Shown: positions 18,205-27,592 of the stretch, piece by piece
Numbering within the stretch: position 1 is the stretch's first letter
Layout of the letters: the number at the start of each line of letters is the position of its first letter
Assembly: GCA_042217585.1 (NCBI GenBank)
Contig: JBDGSJ010000008.1
Coordinates: 1-47,232, forward strand
Reading direction: 5' to 3'
Origin: Candidatus Nanohaloarchaea archaeon
Lineage (GTDB): Archaea; Nanohalarchaeota; Nanosalinia; Nanosalinales; Nanosalinaceae
Length of the DNA: 47,232 nt
Translations under genes and position numbers: made by a program
Notes under the pieces: model-generated
Seen by the model: the letters and a program-made list of their open reading frames with translations, nothing else
Database searches by the model: none
What the model was told of the DNA's origin: nothing

Positions 18205-18503
18205 AAATGTTCCGGAGATGGGTCCCACCTTGCAAGCAGGACCCATCCTGAGTTCCATCCCCTTACAGGCTCACGCCTGTAGTTCCACAGAGACAGGAGG
18301 AATGGAACTTCCGTGTTGTGTTTGAGTTTTCGCGGTCAACCGTTGACTCCTTTCCGGAGCCAAGGCGTCATCCCGCTTTACTCAGCCAGGAAGTTGATAA
18401 TGGAGAAGTCGGCCTTGGCCTTGGCGTGGTTATAGTTACATCTCACCGGCATCATCAGGGTCCCGGTGAGCCAGGAGGTCTGTTGGACCAAGGCCATTTT
18501 ATC
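18205..18503 (-). ncRNA. Unidentified structured RNA or long structured 5' leader
   Basis: At least six 7-11 bp stems; G-U wobbles and GNRA-type loops fit only the minus strand; TTTATAAA box at 18527-18534. Ends are approximate. Confidence 0.65.
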
Positions 18504-18526
18504 TAACCTAATCTTGTCCGCCGACC

Positions 18527-18534
18527 TTTATAAA
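18527..18534 (-). promoter_or_regulatory. TATA box for the structured RNA
   Basis: TTTATAAA about 30 nt upstream of the first stem on the minus strand. Confidence 0.6.
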
Positions 18535-18545
18535 CGTTCGCCCGG

Positions 18546-19298
18546 TCACGGGACGTGAGGTTCGAAGACCTCGCCTCTCAGGCGCTGATGGACTTCTTCA
18601 AGCAGGTCCTGGAGGTTCTCGGCGTCGTACTGGTTGTACCTGATGAGCTTCCGGAGCGCCTCCCGGTCGCCGTTCTTCTCGTACTGCTTCCACAGCCGGA
18701 CCGCCTCGCGTCCGTCGATGTCCTCGAGCTCTCTCTGGATCCCGAGCTCCTTCTCGATGGGCTTCAGGCCGCCGGTGAGGCCCATCCTCTTGCAGGGGTA
18801 CATCAGGTCTATGTGGGGGTTCTCGATGTCCAGGTCGAAGTTCTTCTCGAGGAAAGGGACGTCGAAACGTTTCCCGTTGAAGGTGACCACGATGCTTGAC
18901 TCGAAGAACTCCTGTCTCAGGTTCTCGGCCGTAAGGTCCTCCCCGCGGACCAGCGTCCGGGATTCGCCGTTGCGGTAGAAGCTGACGGTCGTGACCCGGT
19001 TCCTGTCGAAGTCGAGTCCTGTGGTCTCGATGTCGAAGAAGCAGGCGTCCTCACGGAAGTTCCGGTACATCCTCCAGTAGCTGTCAGACGGAAGTTTGTC
19101 GCCGAAGAATACGCTGTTGCCGACCTCGAGGTTCTTCCTGGCCTTCCCGAGAAAGCCGGTTATCCGGTCCTTCTTCCCGTCCGATATGTTCGAGGAGTCC
19201 TCGACGTGGTCCCAGTGGGTTATACCGTTCTCCCATAGCTTCTTCTCCGTCTTTTCGCCCACGCGGGGTACCTGTATGAAGCTGTTCTCCAGTCTCAT
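18546..19298 (-). CDS. YprB-like RNase H-fold (DEDD-type) exonuclease with an N-terminal HhH
   Basis: 'VPRVGEKTEKKLW', 'FFDIETTGL', 'VTFNGKRFDVPFL', 'HIDL', 'YNQYDA'. Confidence 0.88.
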   Translation of the reverse strand: MRLENSFIQVPRVGEKTEKKLWENGITHWDHVEDSSNISDGKKDRITGFLGKARKNLEVGNSVFFGDKLPSDSYWRMYRNFREDACFFDIETTGLDFDRNRVTTVSFYRNGESRTLVRGEDLTAENLRQEFFESSIVVTFNGKRFDVPFLEKNFDLDIENPHIDLMYPCKRMGLTGGLKPIEKELGIQRELEDIDGREAVRLWKQYEKNGDREALRKLIRYNQYDAENLQDLLEEVHQRLRGEVFEPHVP

Positions 19299-19349
19299 CC
19301 CTGCTCTGGAAAAGAATAAGAAGTGAGAAATTAAAAGTGGACTCCCCGC

Positions 19350-19547
19350 TTACTGGGAAGTCTTCACGTCGTCTGCCTGAACGGTCTTTCTGCCAGCGTG
19401 CTCCGCGTACTTCTTGGCTTCTCGCGCTCTTTCCTCTGCGTAGTCCTCCAGCTCATCCCTGAGCTCTTCTACTGCGTCTTCGGATACGCGTGAAGCACCT
19501 GACTGTTTGATGATTCTCTTGACCGGTGCAAGTGGTAGTTCTGCCAT
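19350..19547 (-). CDS. Archaeal histone (HMf-like)
   Basis: 'MAELPLAPVKRIIK...RVSEDA...HAGRKTVQADDV'; GGAGGTGA RBS and TTTTATAAAA box near 19607-19617. Confidence 0.96.
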   Translation of the reverse strand: MAELPLAPVKRIIKQSGASRVSEDAVEELRDELEDYAEERAREAKKYAEHAGRKTVQADDVKTSQ

Positions 19548-19799
19548 CGTGTGTTTCACCTCCGTTTGGAGAGACTGGTTGTCGTCTAAGGGGTAATTGA
19601 AATACCTTTTATAAAAACGTTTGCTTTTTTCCCGGCTCCAAAGGTCTCTGACGGCCCGTTGAAAACTCCCCTGACTGAAAGACGGACCAGGACTGGATTT
19701 CTCAATGATTCAGGGGTGGGTGGAACCTTCTTCCCGGGTCGGAGCTTTCAGTGTTGTCCAATAGCTGATTGGTCCGGGCCTGTTAACCCATTCGGTTAA

Positions 19800-20456
19800 T
19801 CAGATTTGTTTCAGTTCCACTTCCGGCTCTTCGCCGATCTCGGCCACTGCGTATCTCCCCTCCATCACGGGTCCGGGGTTCACCATCAGCGTCCCAGAGA
19901 GCCTGTCAGTTCCGAAGGATTCATGGATGTGGCCGGTCACGAACAGGTCGAAATCCTTCTCCTCCACCAGTTCCCGGACATCCGGGCTCCCGACGTGGTC
20001 CCCGTCGACCAGGTCCAGAGAGGTATCGGAGGGCGGCTGGTGGACCACCGCCACCTTCGTCCCGGACTTCATCCTGCCGTAGAGCGTGGTCAAGGCCTCC
20101 TCTATTTCGGAGCCTTCCGGCTCGAACGGGGTGCCGAACGGGGTCTTTCCCCCGCCGTAACCTACCACATCGAAGCTCTCGAAGGATGCGATCTTCTTGT
20201 GGATGTTGAGCCTCCTCTGGATCAGCTCCTCCACGCACTCCTCTTCGGGGTCCATGTTACCCGGGACGGCCTTGACCAGTTTTCCCTTCCTGTCGAAGGT
20301 GTCCAGCACCTCCTCAAGTTTCTCACCGTAGTCCTCGTACTCCCTCGCATCACTGATGTCGCCCGCGCACAGGACCGCGTCGTATTCCTCTTTTTCCAGG
20401 ATTTTCTCGAGTTCTTCGGTGTGTCCGTGTATGTCGGTCACTAGAACTGTCCTCAT
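19800..20456 (-). CDS. Calcineurin-like metallophosphoesterase
   Basis: 'DIHG', 'AGDI', 'PGNMD', 'HQPP', 'GHIHE', 'NPG'. Confidence 0.92.
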   Translation of the reverse strand: MRTVLVTDIHGHTEELEKILEKEEYDAVLCAGDISDAREYEDYGEKLEEVLDTFDRKGKLVKAVPGNMDPEEECVEELIQRRLNIHKKIASFESFDVVGYGGGKTPFGTPFEPEGSEIEEALTTLYGRMKSGTKVAVVHQPPSDTSLDLVDGDHVGSPDVRELVEEKDFDLFVTGHIHESFGTDRLSGTLMVNPGPVMEGRYAVAEIGEEPEVELKQI

Positions 20457-20489
20457 GTATTCATCAAGCGGGAGGCTGTTTGAAAAATG

Positions 20490-21134
20490 TCATTCGTCCC
20501 GGGCCCTGACCTCGTAGAGAATGGCCGCGGCACCAGCCAGTACCAGCAGGGCCAGGACTGCCAGCAACGAGTAAAAGAGCGCATCCTTCATCCCGTTCCT
20601 TTCCCCTTCACTGCTGTCGGGACTGAAGGAGATGATCGTGTAGCTCTCCAGGTCTTCACAGCTCATCTTCATCACCGGTTTCCCGTTCTGGAGGACGCAT
20701 CCGGCATCGTAGACGCCTCCCGCCGTCCGGTAGCCTTCCCCAAGGTAGCGGTCGTGGAGAGCCTTCCCGTGGATGACCGATGTCCCCCCAACCTCGGGTT
20801 CCTCGATACCGTCCAGTTCGTCCTGGCGTGAGAACCAGTTCGAGGCTATTATCCATTCATGTCTCTGGATCCTGCTCATGTTCTCCGTCACCTCGGTCTC
20901 GTCGATCAGGGTAAGGTTCGCTGTTTCCAGCATGTAGAACTTTTCCTTCACCGATCTGTTCCAGCTCTCAGGTATCAGCAGGGTATCGTTCCTGGCGAGG
21001 ACCTGTACGGTGTCGATCTCGCCGCCCCGGCACAGTTCCTGGACGTTCTCCGCCGTTTTCACGCATCAAAGGCCTTCTGATCCCGTTACAGGTGCCGCAA
21101 GGACCAGGACCATCACCAGAGCTGTGTATCGCAC
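20490..21134 (-). pseudogene. Surface-anchored protein gene with an in-frame TGA after the signal peptide
   Basis: GTG 21134 reads MRYTALVMVLVLAAPVTGSEGL-TGA(21068-21066)-CVKTAENVQELC... in frame with ORF 20490..21062, which ends in a transmembrane helix. Confidence 0.65.
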
Positions 21135-21200
21135 GGGCAGAGATTGTCTCCTCTGATTAATATCACTGGCTACTTAATTCTCCAGTCCGAAACCTGGGAC

Positions 21201-23603
21201 ATGAAGAAGAAAATCCAGGTCCTTGACGTGGACTACGTGGTCCGGGATGGAGATCCGGTAGTCAGGCTGTTCGGCAGGGACGGCGAAGGAAAGGACTTCC
21301 TCGGGGAGGTCGAATGGTTCCGGCCCTATTTCTACGCGGTCCCGTCGGGGGAGCTGGAGGAGCTGAGGAAGGCGGTCGAGTGTGAGACCTTTGAGCAGGA
21401 CGAAGAAGATGTCTCCGTCGATGGCGTCGAGGAGGTCACGCGTCTCGACGGCAACGACGAGGTGGAGATCCTGAAGATATTCGCAGAGGTCCCTCCAGAG
21501 GTCCCCAAGCTGAAGGAAGCGGTCTACCACCTGGAGGAGACCGACCACTGCAGGGAGTACTCGATACCTTTCTACAAGCGTTTCCTCATAGACGAGGGTG
21601 TCGTCCCGGTAAGCTGGATAGAGATCCGGGGCGAGGAGTTCGAGGAAGATGAGTTCGAGAGGGCGGTCCGCGTCGAGGAGATCGAGACCGGGGTGGAGGA
21701 AGAGGACCCGGATTACCGTGAGGTGGCGTTCGACCTCGAGGTTTACCAGGACGAGATAATCATGGCCTCTTTCTACGGGGAGGGCTTCGAGAAACTGCTG
21801 ACTACCGAGGAGATAGACAGGGATTACGTCGAGGAGGTCCAGGACGAGAAGGAACTCCTGGAGAGGTTCCGGGAGATAGTAAGGGATAGGGACGTGGACA
21901 TACTGACCGGGTACAACACTGACGAGTTCGACTTCAGGAAGCTGAGGGAGAGGTTCCAGCACCACGGCATGGAGCTGACGCTGGGCAGGAACGGCGAGAG
22001 GATGAAGTTCAAGCGCCGGGGAAGGTTCTCATCCGCCCGGCTGAAGGGGAGGATGCATCTGGACCTCTACCCGTTCGTCACCCACATACTTTCCCAGACC
22101 CTGGAGTCGGAGACCCTGGACCTGGACTCGGTCGCGGAGGAGCTGCTGGGCGAGAACAAGGACGAGATGAGCTGGGAGGACATGAAGGAGGCCTGGAGAG
22201 AGAAGGAAGGTCTCGAGGAGTTCGCGGACTACGCCCTCAAGGACGCCAAGCTCGCGTACCGGCTTGCAGAGGAGCTGGTCCCCCAGATCCTCGAGCTTTC
22301 CCGGCTCACCGGCCTCATACCTTTCGACGCCTGCCGGCTGACCTACGGCCAGCTTACCGAGAACTTCCTGCTGAAGGAGGCATACGAGAAAAACATGCTG
22401 GCGCCGAACAGGCCGACCCAGCAGGACCGCCGGAGAAGAAGGAACCAGGGTGCCTACGAGGGAGGGTTCGTGTACACGCCGGAGGCAGGGCTTCACGAGG
22501 ACATCGCTCTGTTCGACTTCCGGTCCCTTTACCCGACAGTGATGGTGGCGCACAACATATCTCCGGACACGCTGAACATGGATGACTGCGATGACCGGTT
22601 CCAGCTCGAGGAGTTCGACTACGACTTCTGCCAGGACGAACAGGGATTCTTCCCGGAGCTTGTGGAGAGGCTTGTCGAGGACCGTTACAGGCTGAAGAAG
22701 GAGATGAGGGAGTACGAGGAAGGGTCCAGCGAATACGTCAGTATCTACAGCCGGCAGTCAGCCGAGAAATACCTTGCAAACTCGTTTTACGGCTACCTGG
22801 GCTACGACGGCGCGCGATGGTACTCCCGTGAATGCGCTGAGGCGACCACGTACCTCGGAAGAGAGTACATCGAGGACACTATCGAGATGGCGGAGGAAAA
22901 GGGCTTCGAGGTGGCCTACGGCGACACCGACTCCGTCTTCCTGAAGGGCGAGGACATCCGGGAGCGGATGGATGAGTTCCTTGAGGACGTGAACTCGGAG
23001 CTACCGGAGTTCATGGAACTGGAGTTCGAGGGTTACTTCGTTCGCGGCTTCTTCACCTCGACGGACTCCGGGGAGGGCGCGAAGAAGAAGTACGCCCTGC
23101 TGGACGAGGACGGAGACCTGAAGATAACGGGCTTCGAGCAGGTCCGGAGGGACTGGAGCCCGATAGCCAAGAAGACCCAGAAAAAGGTGCTGGAGAAGGT
23201 CCTGAGGAACGAGATTGAGGAGGCGGCCGAGATAGTGAAGGAGACCATCGGGGACCTCAAGCAGGGGGAGATACCTGTCGAGGACCTCAGGATATATACC
23301 ACGCTGACGAAGGAGCCGGAGGAGTACGACTCCACGGCCCCGCACGTCGAGGCGGCGAAAAAGGCGATCGAGCGGGGAGACGATATACCGCCGGAGACCA
23401 CCATCGACTACGTGATCACGAAGGGACCGGGAAGCATATCGTCCCGGGCCGAGCTCACGAAGTACGCGGAGGACTACGACGCCTCCTACTACATCGAGAA
23501 CCAGGTGATACCTGTCGCCCTCAGGGTGCTGAAGGTTTTCGGTTACACCGAGGGCCAGCTGAAGGGGAAGGGAAGGCAGAGCGGTCTGGGAAGGTTCGGG
23601 TAG
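21201..23603 (+). CDS. polB: Family B DNA polymerase
   Basis: Exonuclease motifs 'FDLE', 'YNTDEFD', 'YALKD'; polymerase motifs 'DFRSLYP', 'KYLANSFYGY', 'YGDTDS'; C-terminal PIP-like 'QSGLGRF'. Start ATG 21201. Confidence 0.97.
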   Translation: MKKKIQVLDVDYVVRDGDPVVRLFGRDGEGKDFLGEVEWFRPYFYAVPSGELEELRKAVECETFEQDEEDVSVDGVEEVTRLDGNDEVEILKIFAEVPPEVPKLKEAVYHLEETDHCREYSIPFYKRFLIDEGVVPVSWIEIRGEEFEEDEFERAVRVEEIETGVEEEDPDYREVAFDLEVYQDEIIMASFYGEGFEKLLTTEEIDRDYVEEVQDEKELLERFREIVRDRDVDILTGYNTDEFDFRKLRERFQHHGMELTLGRNGERMKFKRRGRFSSARLKGRMHLDLYPFVTHILSQTLESETLDLDSVAEELLGENKDEMSWEDMKEAWREKEGLEEFADYALKDAKLAYRLAEELVPQILELSRLTGLIPFDACRLTYGQLTENFLLKEAYEKNMLAPNRPTQQDRRRRRNQGAYEGGFVYTPEAGLHEDIALFDFRSLYPTVMVAHNISPDTLNMDDCDDRFQLEEFDYDFCQDEQGFFPELVERLVEDRYRLKKEMREYEEGSSEYVSIYSRQSAEKYLANSFYGYLGYDGARWYSRECAEATTYLGREYIEDTIEMAEEKGFEVAYGDTDSVFLKGEDIRERMDEFLEDVNSELPEFMELEFEGYFVRGFFTSTDSGEGAKKKYALLDEDGDLKITGFEQVRRDWSPIAKKTQKKVLEKVLRNEIEEAAEIVKETIGDLKQGEIPVEDLRIYTTLTKEPEEYDSTAPHVEAAKKAIERGDDIPPETTIDYVITKGPGSISSRAELTKYAEDYDASYYIENQVIPVALRVLKVFGYTEGQLKGKGRQSGLGRFG

Positions 23604-24263
23604 CTACCTGAATACCTCTCCTGTCTCCATGGACCAGAGAACGAGGTCGAGAGCCTTCAAATCGATACCTGTTTTCTCAGCCACTCTTCTCACTGACTCC
23701 TCGCACTCCATGTACTCGCCACGGTCCGCAGGGGGTTCAGGGGAGTCCTTCATATCGAGTTCGTAGAGTTTCTTGGCTATATAACCCGAGACTATCGCGA
23801 AACGGTCCCCGTAACCGATGTTCCTCAGAAAATGTGAGGCTCCCTTCATCCCGATCCCCTTCACGTTCTCCTGGAACCAGTCCCTGCTGGAGTCAAGGCG
23901 GTCGGGGTTCACCCGGTCCTTCAGTTTCAGGTCGCCTGAAGGGTCCTCAAGCGTGGGCTGGGAAAGTTTCTCCCTGTTCTCCACTATGTAGCCCGCCTTC
24001 TCCCTCTCGTACTGGATTTCGTGCTCCGCAAGCACCCTCTCGATCTCCTCTCTCCCGCTTTTGAACAGATGGCCGGACCTGTCCATCCTTACTGCCGCGT
24101 CCCACGCGTTCTCAGCCTCTGACCGAGAGGACATTATCACGAAGGCGAGTTCCCTGAAAAGACGCTGGTCTCCGGCATCCCTCAGTTCTCTGAAATCTTC
24201 CAGCCGATCCTGTATCTCGTCTTCTCTATCCCTGTACTGCTTCCTCACTTCTTCAAGGTTCAT
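23604..24263 (-). CDS. Ogg2-like 8-oxoguanine glycosylase homolog with atypical catalytic motifs
   Basis: 'LFRELAFVIMS', HhH 'KGIGMKGASHFLRNIG', 'LDLVLWSMETGEVF'; start ATG 24263 overlaps the upstream stop. Confidence 0.8.
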   Translation of the reverse strand: MNLEEVRKQYRDREDEIQDRLEDFRELRDAGDQRLFRELAFVIMSSRSEAENAWDAAVRMDRSGHLFKSGREEIERVLAEHEIQYEREKAGYIVENREKLSQPTLEDPSGDLKLKDRVNPDRLDSSRDWFQENVKGIGMKGASHFLRNIGYGDRFAIVSGYIAKKLYELDMKDSPEPPADRGEYMECEESVRRVAEKTGIDLKALDLVLWSMETGEVFR

Positions 24264-25078
24264 CCTACGAGCTCTGCCTCTATCTTGGACTTGAGAACCG
24301 CCCACTGGTAGGATCTGAGCTGCTCGCCGTTCACGAATATGGTAGGGGTGGAGTCAACGTTGTTTCCGTTAGCTATCCTCTCGTCGCTGCTGACCTCGTC
24401 GGCGGTCTCCCCGCTGTTCAAGCACTGCCTCAGTTCTTCTCCTGTCATGTTTGTGTGTTCCTCAGCGAGTCTCGCGAGGAAGTCCGTGGTCGCCCAGTCG
24501 TTTTTCTCACTTCCCTGGTTCCTGTATATCGCGTGGTGGTAATCCCAGAAGCTGTCCCTGTCTTCCTTGTAGACGCATTCAGCCGCTCTAGCGGCTCTTT
24601 GGGAGCTCCTGCCCGGGAAGCTCTTGTCAAGGAACGGGTAGTTTATGAAGTAGAACTTTACCTTGCCGGTCTCAATGTACTGTTTCTTCAGCTTCGGGAA
24701 AACGTTCATCGCGAAGTCCTTGCAGTAAGGGCACCTGTAGTCTCCGAACTCCACCACGGTCACGGAGGCGTTGGGATCTCCCATCATCGGTTGCTGGTCC
24801 AGGTTGAAAGGCGCCTTCTGAGTTCCGCCTCCCGAAGTGAACCACTGGAATACGAGAAAACCTACGAAGACCACGGCCGCCATCCCTGCGAGCCCGCGGA
24901 AGGCTATCTTCTTCCTCCATTCTCTCTTGGCCTGAAGCGCTTCCTCCTTCTTGCGCTCTGCCTTCTTCACTTTCTCCTCCTTGTGGGAGTTGAGTTCGTC
25001 CTCGTGCTCCTCTCCCCAGTGGATGTGCATCTCTTCCTTGGAATCGAACTCCTCTCCGCAGAACTCACATTCGGTCAT
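24260..25078 (-). CDS. DsbA-family oxidoreductase with an N-terminal C2H2 zinc finger and TM anchor
   Basis: 'CEFC...HWGEEH', one TM helix, 'EFGDYRCPYC', 'STPTIFVNG'; start ATG 25078. Confidence 0.88.
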   Translation of the reverse strand: MTECEFCGEEFDSKEEMHIHWGEEHEDELNSHKEEKVKKAERKKEEALQAKREWRKKIAFRGLAGMAAVVFVGFLVFQWFTSGGGTQKAPFNLDQQPMMGDPNASVTVVEFGDYRCPYCKDFAMNVFPKLKKQYIETGKVKFYFINYPFLDKSFPGRSSQRAARAAECVYKEDRDSFWDYHHAIYRNQGSEKNDWATTDFLARLAEEHTNMTGEELRQCLNSGETADEVSSDERIANGNNVDSTPTIFVNGEQLRSYQWAVLKSKIEAELVG

Positions 25079-25160
25079 ATGTAATGGGATTCTGCTTCCA
25101 GTTTTTATAAGGTTGTGATACACCCTTAGATAGAAAACAGCGAGGTCAGAAACTTCAGGT

Positions 25161-25427
25161 ATGTTCCATCAGGGTCCGATAGATGCGGGGATGCACGCGG
25201 CCACAGTGCTTCTCTCCGCTCTGCTGCTCCTGGTATCTTACAGGTCCTACAGGGAGTCCTCGAACCCCAGGTTCTTCTACGTGATGTTGGCTTTCGGTAT
25301 ATTCTCCTTCAAGGAGACGATGATACTGGCGAACGTCGCGGTCATCCAGTCGAGCGTTGTCACCTGGTTCACACATGTTTTAAATCTGCTGATACTCCTA
25401 GTGTTCTTCAGGGGGACCGTGAGATGA
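25161..25427 (+). CDS. Small three-TM membrane protein
   Basis: 88 aa with three hydrophobic segments; ATGA overlap with the HTH gene. Confidence 0.7.
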   Translation: MFHQGPIDAGMHAATVLLSALLLLVSYRSYRESSNPRFFYVMLAFGIFSFKETMILANVAVIQSSVVTWFTHVLNLLILLVFFRGTVR

Positions 25428-25897
25428 AAACGAGGATAGAAAAAGCCGTGGAAGATAGCCCCGGGATACATTTCCGGGGACTTAAGAGGGAGGTAGGGTG
25501 TTCAGTCTCGACACTGGAGCACCACCTCAGAAATGACAGCAACATCAAGGACACCAAGATAAGGAGTTACAGACGTGTCTACCCTGCGTCGGTCCCGGAA
25601 AGGTACTACAGCGCCCTTGCCGCGATGAACCACGAGAGGAGGGGAAAGATACTGTGGATGGTCGAGAACGGGGAAGAGGTGGCTTTCGGTGACATAGCCG
25701 AGAGGATGGATTCCTCGAGGTCCACGGTGTCCCACCACCTCAAGATCCTGGCCGATGACAACCTGGTCGAAGAGGAATCAAGGGGGAGAACAAAGATATT
25801 CTCCACCTCAGGAAGGGTGCACACCGCTTTCAGGAAGTACACCACAAACATGGTAAAGGAGATGTCTGGGAACTTCACGGAGATGTGGAGTCAGTAG
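25424..25897 (+). CDS. Double winged-helix (ArsR-like) transcriptional regulator
   Basis: 'PGIHFRGLKREVG...STLEHHL' and 'RGKILW...SRSTVSHHLKILADDNLVEEESRGR'. Confidence 0.85.
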   Translation: MKTRIEKAVEDSPGIHFRGLKREVGCSVSTLEHHLRNDSNIKDTKIRSYRRVYPASVPERYYSALAAMNHERRGKILWMVENGEEVAFGDIAERMDSSRSTVSHHLKILADDNLVEEESRGRTKIFSTSGRVHTAFRKYTTNMVKEMSGNFTEMWSQ

Positions 25898-25951
25898 GTT
25901 CGTCTCACGTTCCATAGGGTTTAACTTATTGGAAGGTTCTACTACACCTGT

Positions 25952-27592
25952 ATGAAAGGTTCGGGAAACAGCCTGATCTTGCTTACAGCTCTGGCCCTGC
26001 TCATGGTGACATCCGCGGCGGGACACGCGACTTCACAGGGTGGCGGTCCTCCGCCTGCGTACCAGCCAGCTCCACCATCGCTCAATACTACTCTACCGGA
26101 GCCGGAGGAGTTCTGCCAGACCGACAAGCCCTCATGGCGGAAACAGCAGAGCGTTTACGGTGTCCTAATACAGGAATCTCTCAGGTGCAGTCCGGACCAG
26201 CCCCGACTCGTTGCCGCGGTGGTCAAAGGCACCAACAACGTCCCGATGAGCGCGCTCAGGAAGACAGGGCTGAGCAGAGACGCGGTCCGGAAGGGCAGGG
26301 ACCTCGACGGTGACGGAGATCCGGACGTGATAAACATGACACTGGAGGTTGCGGAGATAAACGGCTGGTCAGGGTCCTCCGGTCTCTCGGCATCCCAGGA
26401 GATCGCGCCGGGAGTAACACCTCCGATGTGGGTCTTCGCACCGAAAACCAGGGGGATGGCGACTGAGGGAGCGGCCGCCTCCGATGTTATCAGGGCCCCG
26501 TCCCCGGCTATCAGGGTGGAGAAAGGTGACAGGGTCCGCGTGACTCTGGAGAACACGCATTACATGCCGCACACCATACATTTCCACGGGGTGGACCATC
26601 CCTACATGAGGAACGGGACAGGTATGGACGGCGTCCCGCAGACAAGCGGAGAACCGGTTTCACCGGGCGAGGCGAAGACCTACAGGTTCAGCCCTTCACA
26701 GGCCGGGACGATGTTCTATCACTGCCATGTCCAGCCGAATATCCATGTCCTGATGGGTCTCCAGGGAATGTTCATAATCACGAAGGAAAGGGATAATAAC
26801 ACGGTCCAGACCTTCAACGTCGGGAACGGCAAGGTGAGGCATCCTTCCGAAGCTGTAGAGGGAAGATACGCCAGCTCGTACGATTACCTGTACCAGGGAG
26901 TGGATATCCAGCTGCACAACATAGTCAATATCTCGAACGATCCCCGGGTCATCTCCAAGACCATGAACCGGAGGTACGATGTAACGGAGAGAGAGCCCGA
27001 CTACTTCCTCCTGAACGGCAAGTCCTTCCCCTACACGATAAGGGAGTCGAACATCGTGGTGGAGAAGAACCAGAGGGTCAAGCTCCGGATACTTAACGCT
27101 GGCAGCGAGAGTATATCTGTACATACTCACGGCCACAAGCCGACGATTACCCATTACGACGGCGTGAAGGCTCCAGAAGGAAAGAGGATTCAGAGAGACG
27201 TTTTCAGTATAAGCGCGGCACAGAGACTGGACCTTGTGATAAATACCACGGAGGACGGCCTCAACTCATACGGTCCGGGCGTATGGTTCGTGCACGACCA
27301 CAAGGAGGAGGCCGTCACCACTAACGGTATCGCGCCCGGCGGCGATATATCGCTCATAGTTTACGAGAAATACCTTAAGAAGAACGGTTTCCCGGAGACC
27401 CACGGGGTCTCATGGGAAAAGTACTTCACCGAAGAGTACTATAACCGGAAGGTCCCGGTCTGGAAGGGATACGAGAAATCGGTGTTCTTCGGGGAGATAA
27501 AGCTCAGGCCCGCCCCGGTGTGGCCGATGATAATCTCGTCCTTCCTCGGGGTGCTGGCGGGTCTGGGACTGACATGGAGGCTGGTACTGTGA
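25952..27592 (+). CDS. Secreted, membrane-anchored two-domain multicopper oxidase
   Basis: Signal peptide; Cu motifs 'HTIHFHG', 'YHCHVQPNIHVLMG', 'HTHGH', 'WFVHDH'; C-terminal TM helix. Confidence 0.88.
   Translation: MKGSGNSLILLTALALLMVTSAAGHATSQGGGPPPAYQPAPPSLNTTLPEPEEFCQTDKPSWRKQQSVYGVLIQESLRCSPDQPRLVAAVVKGTNNVPMSALRKTGLSRDAVRKGRDLDGDGDPDVINMTLEVAEINGWSGSSGLSASQEIAPGVTPPMWVFAPKTRGMATEGAAASDVIRAPSPAIRVEKGDRVRVTLENTHYMPHTIHFHGVDHPYMRNGTGMDGVPQTSGEPVSPGEAKTYRFSPSQAGTMFYHCHVQPNIHVLMGLQGMFIITKERDNNTVQTFNVGNGKVRHPSEAVEGRYASSYDYLYQGVDIQLHNIVNISNDPRVISKTMNRRYDVTEREPDYFLLNGKSFPYTIRESNIVVEKNQRVKLRILNAGSESISVHTHGHKPTITHYDGVKAPEGKRIQRDVFSISAAQRLDLVINTTEDGLNSYGPGVWFVHDHKEEAVTTNGIAPGGDISLIVYEKYLKKNGFPETHGVSWEKYFTEEYYNRKVPVWKGYEKSVFFGEIKLRPAPVWPMIISSFLGVLAGLGLTWRLVL

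Noticed and set aside
18429..18439. GUAACUAUAAC in the structured RNA, matching the 23S rRNA helix-69 loop region
   Set aside because: An 11-nt match to some part of rRNA is plausible by chance and the helix-69 stem is not formed; not an rRNA fragment.
18137..18500. tmRNA, RNase P RNA or SRP RNA identity for the structured RNA
   Set aside because: No tRNA-like ends, and the GCA AAC GAA frame stops immediately; no long-range P4 pairing or SRP helix-8 motif is recognisable by eye. A covariance-model search is still needed.
19620..19799. Non-coding gap upstream of the canonical histone promoter
   Set aside because: No convincing ORF, repeat or stable stem was found.
21066..21068. Selenocysteine codon (UGA next to UGC)
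   Set aside because: No SECIS-like element or Sec machinery is visible and the protein is not a recognisable redox enzyme; nonsense mutation or error is simpler.
21201..23603. Intein or inactivation in PolB (RadA and Cdc48 also checked)
   Set aside because: Lengths are normal, motifs are contiguous and catalytic residues are intact.
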